Part shown: one piece after another, positions 1 through 8,130 of the stretch
Numbering within the stretch: position 1 is the stretch's first letter
How the letters are laid out: the number at the start of each line of letters is the position of its first letter
Virus record (IMG/VR): IMGVR_UViG_3300005077_000093
Span: 1 to 26,445 of that record
Length of the DNA: 26,445 bases
From: a virus
Lineage: Duplodnaviria; Caudoviricetes
Direction: 5' to 3' (one strand)
Made by a program: the position numbers and the translations under genes
The notes under the pieces: generated by a model
What the model was told of the DNA's origin: nothing
Databases searched by the model: none
Seen by the model: only the letters and a program-made list of their open reading frames with translations

Positions 1-88
1 GCACGTTCACGCCATTAACACGGCGCATGACGTAGATGATTCCTCGTTGCATCTCGGTGTCTTGAGGGTGTGGAATTACAACTCGCAT
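1..88 (-). CDS. Hypothetical protein, partial (runs off the window start)
   Basis: ATG at 88 overlaps the upstream stop (TGATG coupling); reads MRVVIPHPQDTEMQRGIIYVMRRVNGVNV... open to the edge. Confidence 0.55.
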   Translation of the reverse strand, partial: MRVVIPHPQDTEMQRGIIYVMRRVNGVNV

Positions 89-210
89 CACGGTCTCCAG
101 AAAAATAGGTCAAGCGCCAGCACGATGACAGCTAGAGCCATCACCAGCCAGAAAATAACTGACCACATGTTGTCGTACTGGCACACAGCCAGACCTTTAA
201 CTTCTTTCAT
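88..210 (-). CDS. Small single-TM membrane protein (40 aa)
   Basis: Not in the ORF track. AAAGGAG RBS, then MKEVKGLAVCQYDNMWSVIFWLVMALAVIVLALDLFFWRP*, with one hydrophobic helix. Confidence 0.75.
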   Translation of the reverse strand: MKEVKGLAVCQYDNMWSVIFWLVMALAVIVLALDLFFWRP

Positions 211-227
211 GTCAACTCCTTTCAGGT

Positions 228-341
228 TTAAATGTTTTCATCGAGCCACGCACCCATGTTGCGTGCCCGTTGGCGTAGGGCGATGAGCCCTTGTTGTGAT
301 GTGCATCTATAGATTTGCTCCTCTCCATTGAAGTAAGTCAT
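228..341 (-). CDS. Small hypothetical protein (37 aa)
   Basis: C-terminal part of track ORF 228..575 from ATG 341 (MTYFNGEEQIYR...). Fits the operon spacing but has no clear RBS. Confidence 0.4.
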   Translation of the reverse strand: MTYFNGEEQIYRCTSQQGLIALRQRARNMGAWLDENI

Positions 342-364
342 GCGACAAAAAACGGGTTGAAACG

Positions 365-386
365 AAGGGGGTGTGCTTACCCCCTT
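365..386. repeat. GGGGT-N6-ACCCC palindrome, copy 1
   Basis: AAGGGGGT-GTGCTT-ACCCCCTT, 8-bp perfect stem, shortly downstream of the 412 stop. Confidence 0.85.
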
Positions 387-411
387 GACATTGGTTGAAC
401 GAGCCCTGCGC

Positions 412-1158
412 TCACTTCTTGGCTGGCTTGTCTGGTGTGTCTCGCAGTTGCAAGAGCACGACCTCATGGCGGTAGGTGTTGTCAGGGATACATGTCCACA
501 AGTGTCGAAGTTCAGCGACAGCTGCCTCGGTTGTGTAGTCTGCGATGTGCTCGTATGGTGGGCGTTCACGGTCATACTGATTTCCTTTCAGGCTTTGAGC
601 ACGATGTGCTCGGATGTTTACTCCAATATCACTTAACAATGCATGGTAGCGCTGGAGAAAAGCCACCATCGCTTTGGCACGCGCAATGCTCAGGTCAACA
701 TCTTTCTTTGGTTTAAATGTTTCTAAGCGTTTGAGCGTGGCTAGCACCCACATGTTTTCCGCCATCTGGGTATCTAGTAGTGGTTGAAAGTGCTCACGCG
801 TCCATCGGCGTAGAGCGGAGCGTTTTTGATTGTCTTTGCGTAGCGTGCGCTTGGTTTCGATGAGCGTTTGGGCAAGGTTGTGTGTGATGTCCCCTGCTAC
901 GGCGTGATGCTTTATCTGATTGGGCGTTTGCTTGATGAGTGGTGGCTTCTTTGGGCGGCAGTTTTGGCATCGTGCGGCAGAGTAGGGGATGCGGTGCACA
1001 CCAGCGTAACCTCTGGCTTTCATCTGAGCGCGGGTCAGTAGTGCATCAAATAGATGCAAGGGAAGCAGGCGAGAGCACTTGGTGCAGAGCTTCAGGGGGT
1101 TGGTCTCCTCGGGTTTTGGGGGTATGAAGACGGTGTCGGGATAGGTAGGTTCACGCAT
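412..1158 (-). CDS. Hypothetical basic protein with an N-terminal Zn-finger-like pair of CxxC motifs
   Basis: GGAG lies 6 nt before ATG 1158. CTKC...CQNC motifs; Arg/Lys-rich. Confidence 0.8.
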   Translation of the reverse strand: MREPTYPDTVFIPPKPEETNPLKLCTKCSRLLPLHLFDALLTRAQMKARGYAGVHRIPYSAARCQNCRPKKPPLIKQTPNQIKHHAVAGDITHNLAQTLIETKRTLRKDNQKRSALRRWTREHFQPLLDTQMAENMWVLATLKRLETFKPKKDVDLSIARAKAMVAFLQRYHALLSDIGVNIRAHRAQSLKGNQYDRERPPYEHIADYTTEAAVAELRHLWTCIPDNTYRHEVVLLQLRDTPDKPAKK

Positions 1159-1238
1159 GGTTAACTCCAAAAGTATTTAAAGATGTTGCTCACGACTACG
1201 AAGTATAAATGAAATAGCTGGAGTTGTGGATTCAGCTA

Positions 1239-1449
1239 CGCTATACGCGGCATGGGTTTGCGGGGCAGTCATACTAAATTAACTATGCAGATATGGGAAA
1301 ACACAAGCGAACCCCAAAGCAAAGGTTTATGAGGTTACGGGGAAGAATAAACACACACATATATACACACTCTTATATATACATATATATATAAATATAG
1401 TTAAATTAGTATAGGTATATGTAGTCGCTAGCATTGGCGCGGGTTTGCG
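1239..1449. other. Origin-like non-coding segment: AT-rich core with direct and inverted repeats
   Basis: TA-rich tract ~1350-1420; direct repeats at 1239-1262 and 1426-1449; inverted repeat at 1271-1286 / 1397-1412. Confidence 0.45.
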
Positions 1450-1534
1450 CGATACAGAACGCCAGCTAAAGTATTGAGACGAACTAGGTTGTAAAAAAAC
1501 GACACTTTTTGTGTTGCGTAGAAACAACAGTTGT

Positions 1535-1558
1535 GAAGGGGGTGAAGTTACCCCCTTC
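1535..1558. repeat. GGGGT-N6-ACCCC palindrome, copy 2
   Basis: GAAGGGGGT-GAAGTT-ACCCCCTTC, 9-bp stem, 6 nt after the 1565 stop. Confidence 0.85.
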
Positions 1559-1564
1559 GTTGCC

Positions 1565-1750
1565 TCAAAGAAAGACGATGACATACTTGCGACCGCTACG
1601 GGACTGGCGGCAGAGTTGGGTCTCCTTGGGTTGGTTGATGAAGCGCCCGTTTGCCCATGCGATGTGGGGTGTTGGGGTCTCGGGCAGGGGGGTCTCAAGC
1701 AAGCGCCAGAAGATGTGCTGGTTGTTGAGGGTACGTAGTTGTTTGTGCAT
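1565..1750 (-). CDS. Hypothetical protein (61 aa)
   Basis: CTGAAAGG RBS-like sequence before ATG 1750 (MHKQLRTLNNQH...). Confidence 0.65.
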   Translation of the reverse strand: MHKQLRTLNNQHIFWRLLETPLPETPTPHIAWANGRFINQPKETQLCRQSRSGRKYVIVFL

Positions 1751-1761
1751 GATGATGCCTT

Positions 1762-1890
1762 TCAGAAGGAGTTGTGTTTTTGCATACGGGATGCAACGAA
1801 GATTGCCCATGGGCTATGACCGCGCCAGACGCAATACCAAACGCCGAAGTTACGCAGGTCGTTGAGGGTGTCGAAGATTGAGTGTTTCAT
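1762..1890 (-). CDS. Small hypothetical protein (42 aa)
   Basis: Not in the ORF track. MKHSIFDTLNDLRNFGVWYCVWRGHSPWAIFVASRMQKHNSF*; the stop overlaps the next gene's RBS. Confidence 0.65.
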   Translation of the reverse strand: MKHSIFDTLNDLRNFGVWYCVWRGHSPWAIFVASRMQKHNSF

Positions 1891-1990
1891 GATTGTTTAC
1901 GCTTTCTATATAACTTTTGGTTATATGCAGTTGGGATTTGACAGAAAAAGAAACAACAGAGACGCCTCGCGTCCCCGCTGTTCCACATCG

Positions 1991-2017
1991 TGAATGGGGT
2001 AGACCTCACCCCATTCA
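1991..2017. repeat. GGGGT-N7-ACCCC palindrome, copy 3
   Basis: TGAATGGGGT-AGACCTC-ACCCCATTCA, 10-bp stem that includes the stop codon of 2015..2410. Confidence 0.85.
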
Positions 2018-2410
2018 TTCAAACGACACAGCTTCACGAACGGCGGCGAGCACGGCGTTGAACTCGGCACGAGTCATGCCCTCAAGACTTGCCACGATAG
2101 ATGCCACGACTTTGCGGTTCACGGCAACTGGCTCGCGTTTGTTGCTTGGCTTGGATGAGTAACCGGCATGCAACTTGCGAAGCGCAGTCAATCGTTGTTC
2201 GGGTGCTGTGTCTTTGGCAAAGGTTGGCAAGCCACCCTTGCGTGATGCGTGAGGCTTGATGTTGTAGCGGCGAGAAACAACTGCGGCGCAGGCTTTGACG
2301 TAGTCAGGGTATGACATGGTCTTGGCTTGGGCTATGAGCTTTGTTGTTGCGGCTTGCAATGTGTCGCCCGCATCGAGAACTTGATTGATGAGGTTGATAA
2401 GAGATGACAT
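2015..2410 (-). CDS. Hypothetical protein, first gene of the leftward operon (131 aa)
   Basis: CTGAAAGG RBS-like sequence before ATG; Ala/Lys-rich, helical-looking. Confidence 0.8.
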   Translation of the reverse strand: MSSLINLINQVLDAGDTLQAATTKLIAQAKTMSYPDYVKACAAVVSRRYNIKPHASRKGGLPTFAKDTAPEQRLTALRKLHAGYSSKPSNKREPVAVNRKVVASIVASLEGMTRAEFNAVLAAVREAVSFE

Positions 2411-2429
2411 GATGAATACCTTTCAGTTG

Positions 2430-2452
2430 AATGGGGTAAGCCTTACCCCGTT
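2430..2452. repeat. GGGGT-N7-ACCCC palindrome, copy 4
   Basis: AATGGGGTAAGCCTTACCCCGTT, immediately upstream of the RBS of 2015..2410. Confidence 0.8.
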
Positions 2453-2717
2453 GGTTGCGGCAGACTGACTACCAATCTGCCTAACTCAATTATCTTGGTG
2501 CTGGGTATTTGCCAGATATTTCGGTAGCCTCTGACCCCCACCGTATGGGGGGAGGGCGATTTTGTGGGACGATGTAGTGCAATACATGAACACTATTCCG
2601 TAGCCGCACAAAGCAAATTTTGTCAAACTGCCCCCAACAAAAAATCGCCACCGCCAGACCCCACCCCCTCGATCTAGCACATCACCAGAAAACGCCTTAT
2701 TTCCAAGGCCCCCCACC

Positions 2718-2747
2718 ACTATAAAAATTCAAAACCACTATTGTCAA
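2718..2747 (-). promoter_or_regulatory. Sigma70-type promoter for the leftward (early) operon
   Basis: Minus strand TTGACA-N18-TATAGT; the -35 is one arm of the palindrome TGTCAAA-CC-TTTGACA (2742-2757). Confidence 0.6.
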
Positions 2748-2766
2748 ACCTTTGACATACCCTATG

Positions 2767-2792
2767 AAAAAAACCCCCGCACTAGGCGGGGG
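2767..2792 (-). terminator. Intrinsic terminator (minus strand)
   Basis: CCCCCGC-CTAGT-GCGGGGG followed by T7 on the minus strand. Confidence 0.65.
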
Positions 2793-2900
2793 AAGAGATT
2801 ATTTGAAATCTCAAGGAGAAGCAAAGCACCGAAATTGTTGACACAACCCGGCAAAGTAAGTGTACACTACAGGCATCGTGGCCACAAGACCTACGCGCTT

Positions 2901-3518
2901 ATGCTGAATCATCTTGTAGATATTGGAGACAAAGAGTTCGTGCCCCCAGTTGAGGCGCACGATAAGCACGCCTATGTCCCTATTGATAAAGTCGCCCCTG
3001 AAGTATTGATCGACGCCCAAGCGCAGACAGCCAAGTGGGAACAGGACCTCGACGACTTTGAAGAGACGCCTGAACAGGAAGAAGTGGTCAAGCTAGCCGC
3101 TCGCGACGCTTTCAAAAGCGTGGTCACTCACCAAACCCCCTCCACCATCAAAGATAAATTGACGCAGCTAAAGGTTCCTGCAGCTGTGCAGCATCTGGTG
3201 GGCATGCTATCTGTCTACGATTGGGAATTCGTGGAGCAGGCAAAGGAGCTACGAGGGTACGCGGTGTCTCAAATCCTAGAAGAAACCAAAAACCCAGACG
3301 CAAAGGTGCGCTTGCGTGCACTAGAGATGCTTGGAAAGGTAACGGAAGTGGCCTTGTTTACTGAGCGCGTTGAGGTGAAGAAGACGGATTTGAGTGACTC
3401 AGAGCTGGACGCAAGAATTAAAGAAAAACTCAACCGGTTCGCAGGTGTTGTTGACGTGGTAGATGTCTCTGATAGAAGCAAAGATGACAAAGCAGTTCAA
3501 GAGCCTGACGCCAGCTGA
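2901..3518 (+). CDS. terS: Putative terminase small subunit
   Basis: Directly upstream of and overlapping terL; ...RLRALEMLGKV..V.LF.ER.E helical motif. Start taken at ATG 2901 (MLNHLVD). Called mainly on position. Confidence 0.6.
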   Translation: MLNHLVDIGDKEFVPPVEAHDKHAYVPIDKVAPEVLIDAQAQTAKWEQDLDDFEETPEQEEVVKLAARDAFKSVVTHQTPSTIKDKLTQLKVPAAVQHLVGMLSVYDWEFVEQAKELRGYAVSQILEETKNPDAKVRLRALEMLGKVTEVALFTERVEVKKTDLSDSELDARIKEKLNRFAGVVDVVDVSDRSKDDKAVQEPDAS

Positions 3519-5019
3519 GATAGTTGCGCTTCAAAACGCCCTGCCGCACATGAGCGCGGCGGAGAAGGCCGAGCTTTTGGCGGATCTTGAAGAGCGCGAG
3601 AAGCGTTTTGAGCTCAAAAACGCTCAAACTGACATGATTAGCTTCGCTAAGGCGGTCTACCCGGGCTTTAAAGTGGGGCCGCACCACAAGAAGTTGGCAA
3701 AAATCTTCCAAGACGTGATTGATGGTCACAAAAAGCGGGTGATTATCAACATCGCGCCTCGTATGGGTAAGTCAGAGTTCAGTTCATACCTGTTCCCAGC
3801 GTATTTTTTGGGCAACTACCCTGAGAAAAAGATCATTATGGGCACGCACACTGCGGGCCTGTCGGAGGACTTCGGTCGCCGTGTAAGGAACTTGATTGAT
3901 AGTGACGAATATAAAGAAATTTTCCCCCAAACAATGGTGGCAGATGACCAGAAAGCTGCTGGCAAATGGAGTACAGCGGCTGGCGGACAGTACTACGCAG
4001 CTGGTGTGGGCGGGGCTTTGGCTGGTCGTGGTGCTGATCTCTTTGTTATCGACGATCCACACTCTGAGCAGGATGTAAAAACCAATTCGCGCCTTGCGTT
4101 TGATACCGCTTGGTCGTGGATGCAGACAGGTCCTTTGCAGCGTTTGATGCCGGGTGGTGCGATCATCATTGTGATGACGCGCTGGTCACTTTTGGACTTG
4201 ACCGGGCGCTTGATTGACTACCAGACAAAGAATCCTGATTCAATCCCGTGGGAGATTGTGGAGCTGCCCGCCATTTTGCATGAGGACACAGACAACGAAA
4301 AGTCTCTCTGGCCTGAGCAGTGGTCACTCGATGCCCTGAAAGCGACAAAAGCCAGTATTGATCCGAGGTATTGGAACGCTCAGTACATGCAGCAGCCCAC
4401 GGCAGAGAGCGCAGCGATCGTGTCTAGAAAAGACTGGCGGATATGGCAGGCCGATGAGCCCCCACGCTGTGACTACGTGATTCAGTCTTGGGATACGGCG
4501 TTTGAGACGAAGAATAATTCCGACTACAGTGCCTGCACGACGTGGGGTATCTGGTACAACGAGGAAGAAAACGACACGCCGCAGGTGATATTGCTCGATG
4601 CGTTCAAGGATCGCATGGCGTTCCCGGAGTTAAAGCAGGTGGCGCTCAAGCACTATAAAGAATGGGAGCCCGATGCGTTCCTCGTTGAGAAGAAAGCTGC
4701 CGGTGCACCGCTCATCCAAGAGCTTAGAAACATGGGGATCGCCGTAGATGAGTTTACGCCGAGCCGAGGAAATGACAAAATGGTGCGTCTCAATGCTGTG
4801 GCTGACCTGTTTAAGTCAGGTAAAGTGTGGGCACCAGACACGCGATGGGCTCGAGAGGTGATCGAGGAGATGGCAGCTTTCCCAGTGGGCGAGCATGACG
4901 ACTTTGTTGATACGACCACTCAGGCGCTTCTGCGCTTTCGACAAGGGGGTTTCGTTGCGTTGGAGTCCGACGAGCGAGACACAGGTTACTACCAGCCCAG
5001 ACGGGCGGCGTACTACTAA
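3484..5019 (+). CDS. terL: Terminase large subunit (ATPase + RNase H-like nuclease)
   Basis: Walker A APRMGKS, Walker B LFVIDDP, coupling motif VMTRW, nuclease QSWDTA and HDDFVD. Start at 3484 or 3463. Confidence 0.95.
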   Translation: MTKQFKSLTPAEIVALQNALPHMSAAEKAELLADLEEREKRFELKNAQTDMISFAKAVYPGFKVGPHHKKLAKIFQDVIDGHKKRVIINIAPRMGKSEFSSYLFPAYFLGNYPEKKIIMGTHTAGLSEDFGRRVRNLIDSDEYKEIFPQTMVADDQKAAGKWSTAAGGQYYAAGVGGALAGRGADLFVIDDPHSEQDVKTNSRLAFDTAWSWMQTGPLQRLMPGGAIIIVMTRWSLLDLTGRLIDYQTKNPDSIPWEIVELPAILHEDTDNEKSLWPEQWSLDALKATKASIDPRYWNAQYMQQPTAESAAIVSRKDWRIWQADEPPRCDYVIQSWDTAFETKNNSDYSACTTWGIWYNEEENDTPQVILLDAFKDRMAFPELKQVALKHYKEWEPDAFLVEKKAAGAPLIQELRNMGIAVDEFTPSRGNDKMVRLNAVADLFKSGKVWAPDTRWAREVIEEMAAFPVGEHDDFVDTTTQALLRFRQGGFVALESDERDTGYYQPRRAAYY

Positions 5020-5028
5020 GGAATTTAA

Positions 5029-7503
5029 ATGGCAACGAATATTGACAAAGCCCTCTACCAAGCCCCTGCTGGGATGGAAAGTATGGCGGCTGAGCCCATC
5101 GAGATTGAGATTGTTGACCCCGAGCAGGTAACGATCGGTGTCGATGGTTTGGAGATTGAGATCACACCCGGTGAACCCACCGATAAAGATTTCGACGCTA
5201 ACCTCGCAGAGTTCTTGGACGACGGTGAACTGCGCTCAGTCATAACTGACTTGGCCTCTGATATTGAGAACGACAAAGCCTCCCGTAAAGATTGGGAAGA
5301 TGCGTACGTTGAGGGCCTGAAGCTGTTGGGGCTGAAGATCGAGGAGCGCACAGAGCCTTGGAACGGCGCCAGCGGTGTGTTCCACCCCATGATCACAGAA
5401 GCTGTGGTTCGCTTCCAGTCAGAGACCATCACGGAGACCTTCCCCGCTCAAGGGCCGGTGCGTACAAAAATTCTAGGCAAGCAGACGCCTGACAAACAAG
5501 AAGCCGCTGTACGTGTCGAGAACGACATGAACTACGAGCTGACTGAGCGCATGGTTGACTTCCGTCCTGAGCATGAACGCATGCTGTGGAACTTGCCAGC
5601 TACTGGCTCGGCATTCAAGAAGGTCTACTACGATCCCAGCCTCGGTCGCCCTGTGTCGATGTTTATCCCTGCTGAGGACGTGATCCTGCCTTACGGCGCG
5701 TCTAATATTCAGACTTGCTACCGCGTCACCCACGTGATGCGTAAAACAAAGAACGAGATTCTTAAACTGCAGCAAGCTGGGTTCTACGTCGACGTTGAGA
5801 TCGGTGAGCCTGATAAAGCCACTGACGAGATCAACAAGGCTAAAGATCAAGAGACAGGGTTCTCAGATATCAACGACAACCGCTTCACATTGATGGAGTC
5901 GCACGTTGACTTGGTGATCCCTGCTGATCCATACGCTGATAAAGACGACGATGGTGAGGCCACAGGCATCGCGCTGCCATACGTGGTGACATATATCCGT
6001 GGCACAAACACTGTGTTGGCCATCCGTCGTAACTGGCGTGAAGATGACGACCTGCGTCTAAAACGCGACCACTTCGTACACTACCAATACATCCCCGGCT
6101 TCGGTGCATACGGCTTCGGTCTGTTCCACCTGATCGGCGGATTCGCTAAGAGCGCCACAAGCTTGATGCGCCAGTTGATAGATGCAGGTACGCTCTCTAA
6201 CCTGCCCGGTGGCTTGAAGTCCCGTGGTTTGCGTATCAAGGGTGACGACACTCCCATCGCTCCCGGCGAATGGCGTGACGTGGATGTGGGCTCAGGCACT
6301 ATCCAGCAGAACATCCTGCCCCTGCCATATAAAGAGCCGTCGGGCACCTTGTATCAGCTGCTCAACACAGTGGTGGAGGAAGGCCGTCGCTTCGCTGCAA
6401 CCGCAGATATGAAGGTCAGCGACATGTCTGCTCAGGCCCCCGTGGGCACAACGCTTGCGTTGCTCGAGCGTCAGTTAAAGGTGATGACGGCTGTTCAGGC
6501 TCGTGTGCACTACGCGCTGAAGCAGGAACTGGGGCTCTTAAAAGACATCATCAAGGACTACACGGACGACGAGTACGACTACGATCCCGACTCACACGTT
6601 GGCCCCCGCGCTAAGAAGTCTGACTACGACATGGTGGAGGTGATCCCCGTGTCAGATCCCAACGCTGCGACTCTGTCTCAGCGTGTCGTGCAGTACCAAG
6701 CTGTGATTCAGTTGGCTCAGTCTGCTCCCGACATCTACGACCTGCCCAAGCTGCACCGTGGCATGTTGGAGGTTCTGGGTATCAAGGATGCAGACAAGCT
6801 CGTGCCCCTGCCTGAAGATCAGAAACCCAAGGACCCCGTCACTGAGAACCAAGATGCACTCAAGGGCACACCGCTCAAGGCGTTCATCTATCAGGATCAC
6901 GAGGCCCACATTCAGGTGCACATGGCGGCCATGCAGGATCCGCTGATCATGCAGCTCATCGGTCAGAACCCCCGTGCCGGCGCAATCCAAGCAGCCATGA
7001 TGGCACACATCGCTGAGCACGTTGGCTTCGCGTATCGTCAGAAGATCGAGCAGCAGTTGGGTATGGCGCTGCCTCCAGAAGACGAGAAGCTGCCCCCGCA
7101 GATCGAGACTGCGCTGTCAGGAATGATGGCACAGGCTGCACAGCAGGTGCTCCAAGAGAACCAAGCCAAGGCTGCACAGCAGCAAGCGGCTCAGCAGGCA
7201 CAAGACCCCGTCGTTCAGATGCAGCAGCAAGAGCTCCAGCTCAAGGCGCAGGAACTGCAGATCAAAGACAAGAAGGTCAACGTCGACGCTGCGGCCCGTG
7301 CGGACGAGCTGAAACTCAAAGAGCAAGAATTGCAGGCGAAATACCAACTCGAAGGTTTCAAAGCAGGTCAGCAAGACCGTTTGCAACGCGAGCGTATGTC
7401 TGCCGAGCAACAGCGTGACGGTGTCAAGTTAGGCATCGACATTGCCAAGTCCCGTGCCCAAGCAGCACGCCCCCAACCCCCAAAAGGTACACCAACTAAA
7501 TGA
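5029..7503 (+). CDS. Portal protein, P22-like, with a Gln-rich C-terminal coiled coil
   Basis: 824 aa right after terL; AAGGA RBS; GSAFKKVYYD and PGFGAYGFGL motifs; long helical Q-rich tail. Confidence 0.88.
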   Translation: MATNIDKALYQAPAGMESMAAEPIEIEIVDPEQVTIGVDGLEIEITPGEPTDKDFDANLAEFLDDGELRSVITDLASDIENDKASRKDWEDAYVEGLKLLGLKIEERTEPWNGASGVFHPMITEAVVRFQSETITETFPAQGPVRTKILGKQTPDKQEAAVRVENDMNYELTERMVDFRPEHERMLWNLPATGSAFKKVYYDPSLGRPVSMFIPAEDVILPYGASNIQTCYRVTHVMRKTKNEILKLQQAGFYVDVEIGEPDKATDEINKAKDQETGFSDINDNRFTLMESHVDLVIPADPYADKDDDGEATGIALPYVVTYIRGTNTVLAIRRNWREDDDLRLKRDHFVHYQYIPGFGAYGFGLFHLIGGFAKSATSLMRQLIDAGTLSNLPGGLKSRGLRIKGDDTPIAPGEWRDVDVGSGTIQQNILPLPYKEPSGTLYQLLNTVVEEGRRFAATADMKVSDMSAQAPVGTTLALLERQLKVMTAVQARVHYALKQELGLLKDIIKDYTDDEYDYDPDSHVGPRAKKSDYDMVEVIPVSDPNAATLSQRVVQYQAVIQLAQSAPDIYDLPKLHRGMLEVLGIKDADKLVPLPEDQKPKDPVTENQDALKGTPLKAFIYQDHEAHIQVHMAAMQDPLIMQLIGQNPRAGAIQAAMMAHIAEHVGFAYRQKIEQQLGMALPPEDEKLPPQIETALSGMMAQAAQQVLQENQAKAAQQQAAQQAQDPVVQMQQQELQLKAQELQIKDKKVNVDAAARADELKLKEQELQAKYQLEGFKAGQQDRLQRERMSAEQQRDGVKLGIDIAKSRAQAARPQPPKGTPTK

Positions 7504-7694
7504 TCGCTGAATTCGCACGCGTATTGCGCGAACAAATACGCACCGACATGAACAACTACGCAGACGACTGCGCAGGTGGAGTGTGTCGCTCCTTTGACGA
7601 ATACCAAAAACTCTGCGGTGTGATCCAAGGTCTTGCTCTCGCAGAGCGTCATCTCCTCGACCTTGCTGAGAAAGTGGAAAAAGCAAATGAGTGA
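7500..7694 (+). CDS. Small helical protein between portal and GroES
   Basis: ATGA overlap with the portal stop; FDEYQKLCGVIQGL motif. Confidence 0.75.
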   Translation: MIAEFARVLREQIRTDMNNYADDCAGGVCRSFDEYQKLCGVIQGLALAERHLLDLAEKVEKANE

Positions 7695-8118
7695 AATCAT
7701 TCTCCCTCCCAACAGCTTCGCTCTACCCGAGACGATTCAACAGGTGGACGCACCCCCAGTGGGTGCAGAGCCTGAAGAAAAAGCTCAGGCGCTCCCAGAG
7801 CCGACCGGCTGGAAGATTCTTTGTATCGTGCCTGACGTGTCAGACACCTTTGAGAACTCGTCCATCATCAAAGCCGACTCGGTAATGAAAAGTGAGGAGC
7901 ATTCGACCACCGTGCTTTTTGTCCTGAAAGTTGGACCTCAAGCGTACAAAGACCCTGATAAGTTCCTTAGCGGTCCTTGGTGTAAAGAAGGCGATTTCGT
8001 CCTTGTCCGGGCATACGCAGGCACCCGGTTCAAGATTTTCGGAAAAGAGTTCCGCCTAATCAACGACGATCAGGTGGATGCTGTTGTCCAAGACCCACGC
8101 GGTATCACCCGCGCTTAA
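7687..8118 (+). CDS. groES: Co-chaperonin GroES/Cpn10-like protein
   Basis: PTGWKILC, VLKVGP, CKEGDFVL, YAGTRFKIFGKEFRLINDDQVDAVV follow the Cpn10 pattern. Confidence 0.9.
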   Translation: MSEIILPPNSFALPETIQQVDAPPVGAEPEEKAQALPEPTGWKILCIVPDVSDTFENSSIIKADSVMKSEEHSTTVLFVLKVGPQAYKDPDKFLSGPWCKEGDFVLVRAYAGTRFKIFGKEFRLINDDQVDAVVQDPRGITRA

Positions 8119-8130
8119 AGGAGGTGTTTC

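Noticed and set aside
1327-1865. Track ORFs 1327..1698 (-), 1509..1865 (+), 1511..1738 (+)
   Set aside because: They run through low-complexity TA sequence or oppose better-supported small minus-strand genes.
365-2452. Palindromes as a CRISPR array
   Set aside because: Copies are hundreds of bp apart, separated by genes, not identical, and no cas genes are present.
2838-2868. TTGACA...TACACT promoter for terS
   Set aside because: The spacer is 19 nt, outside the usual range. Possible, but not supportable.
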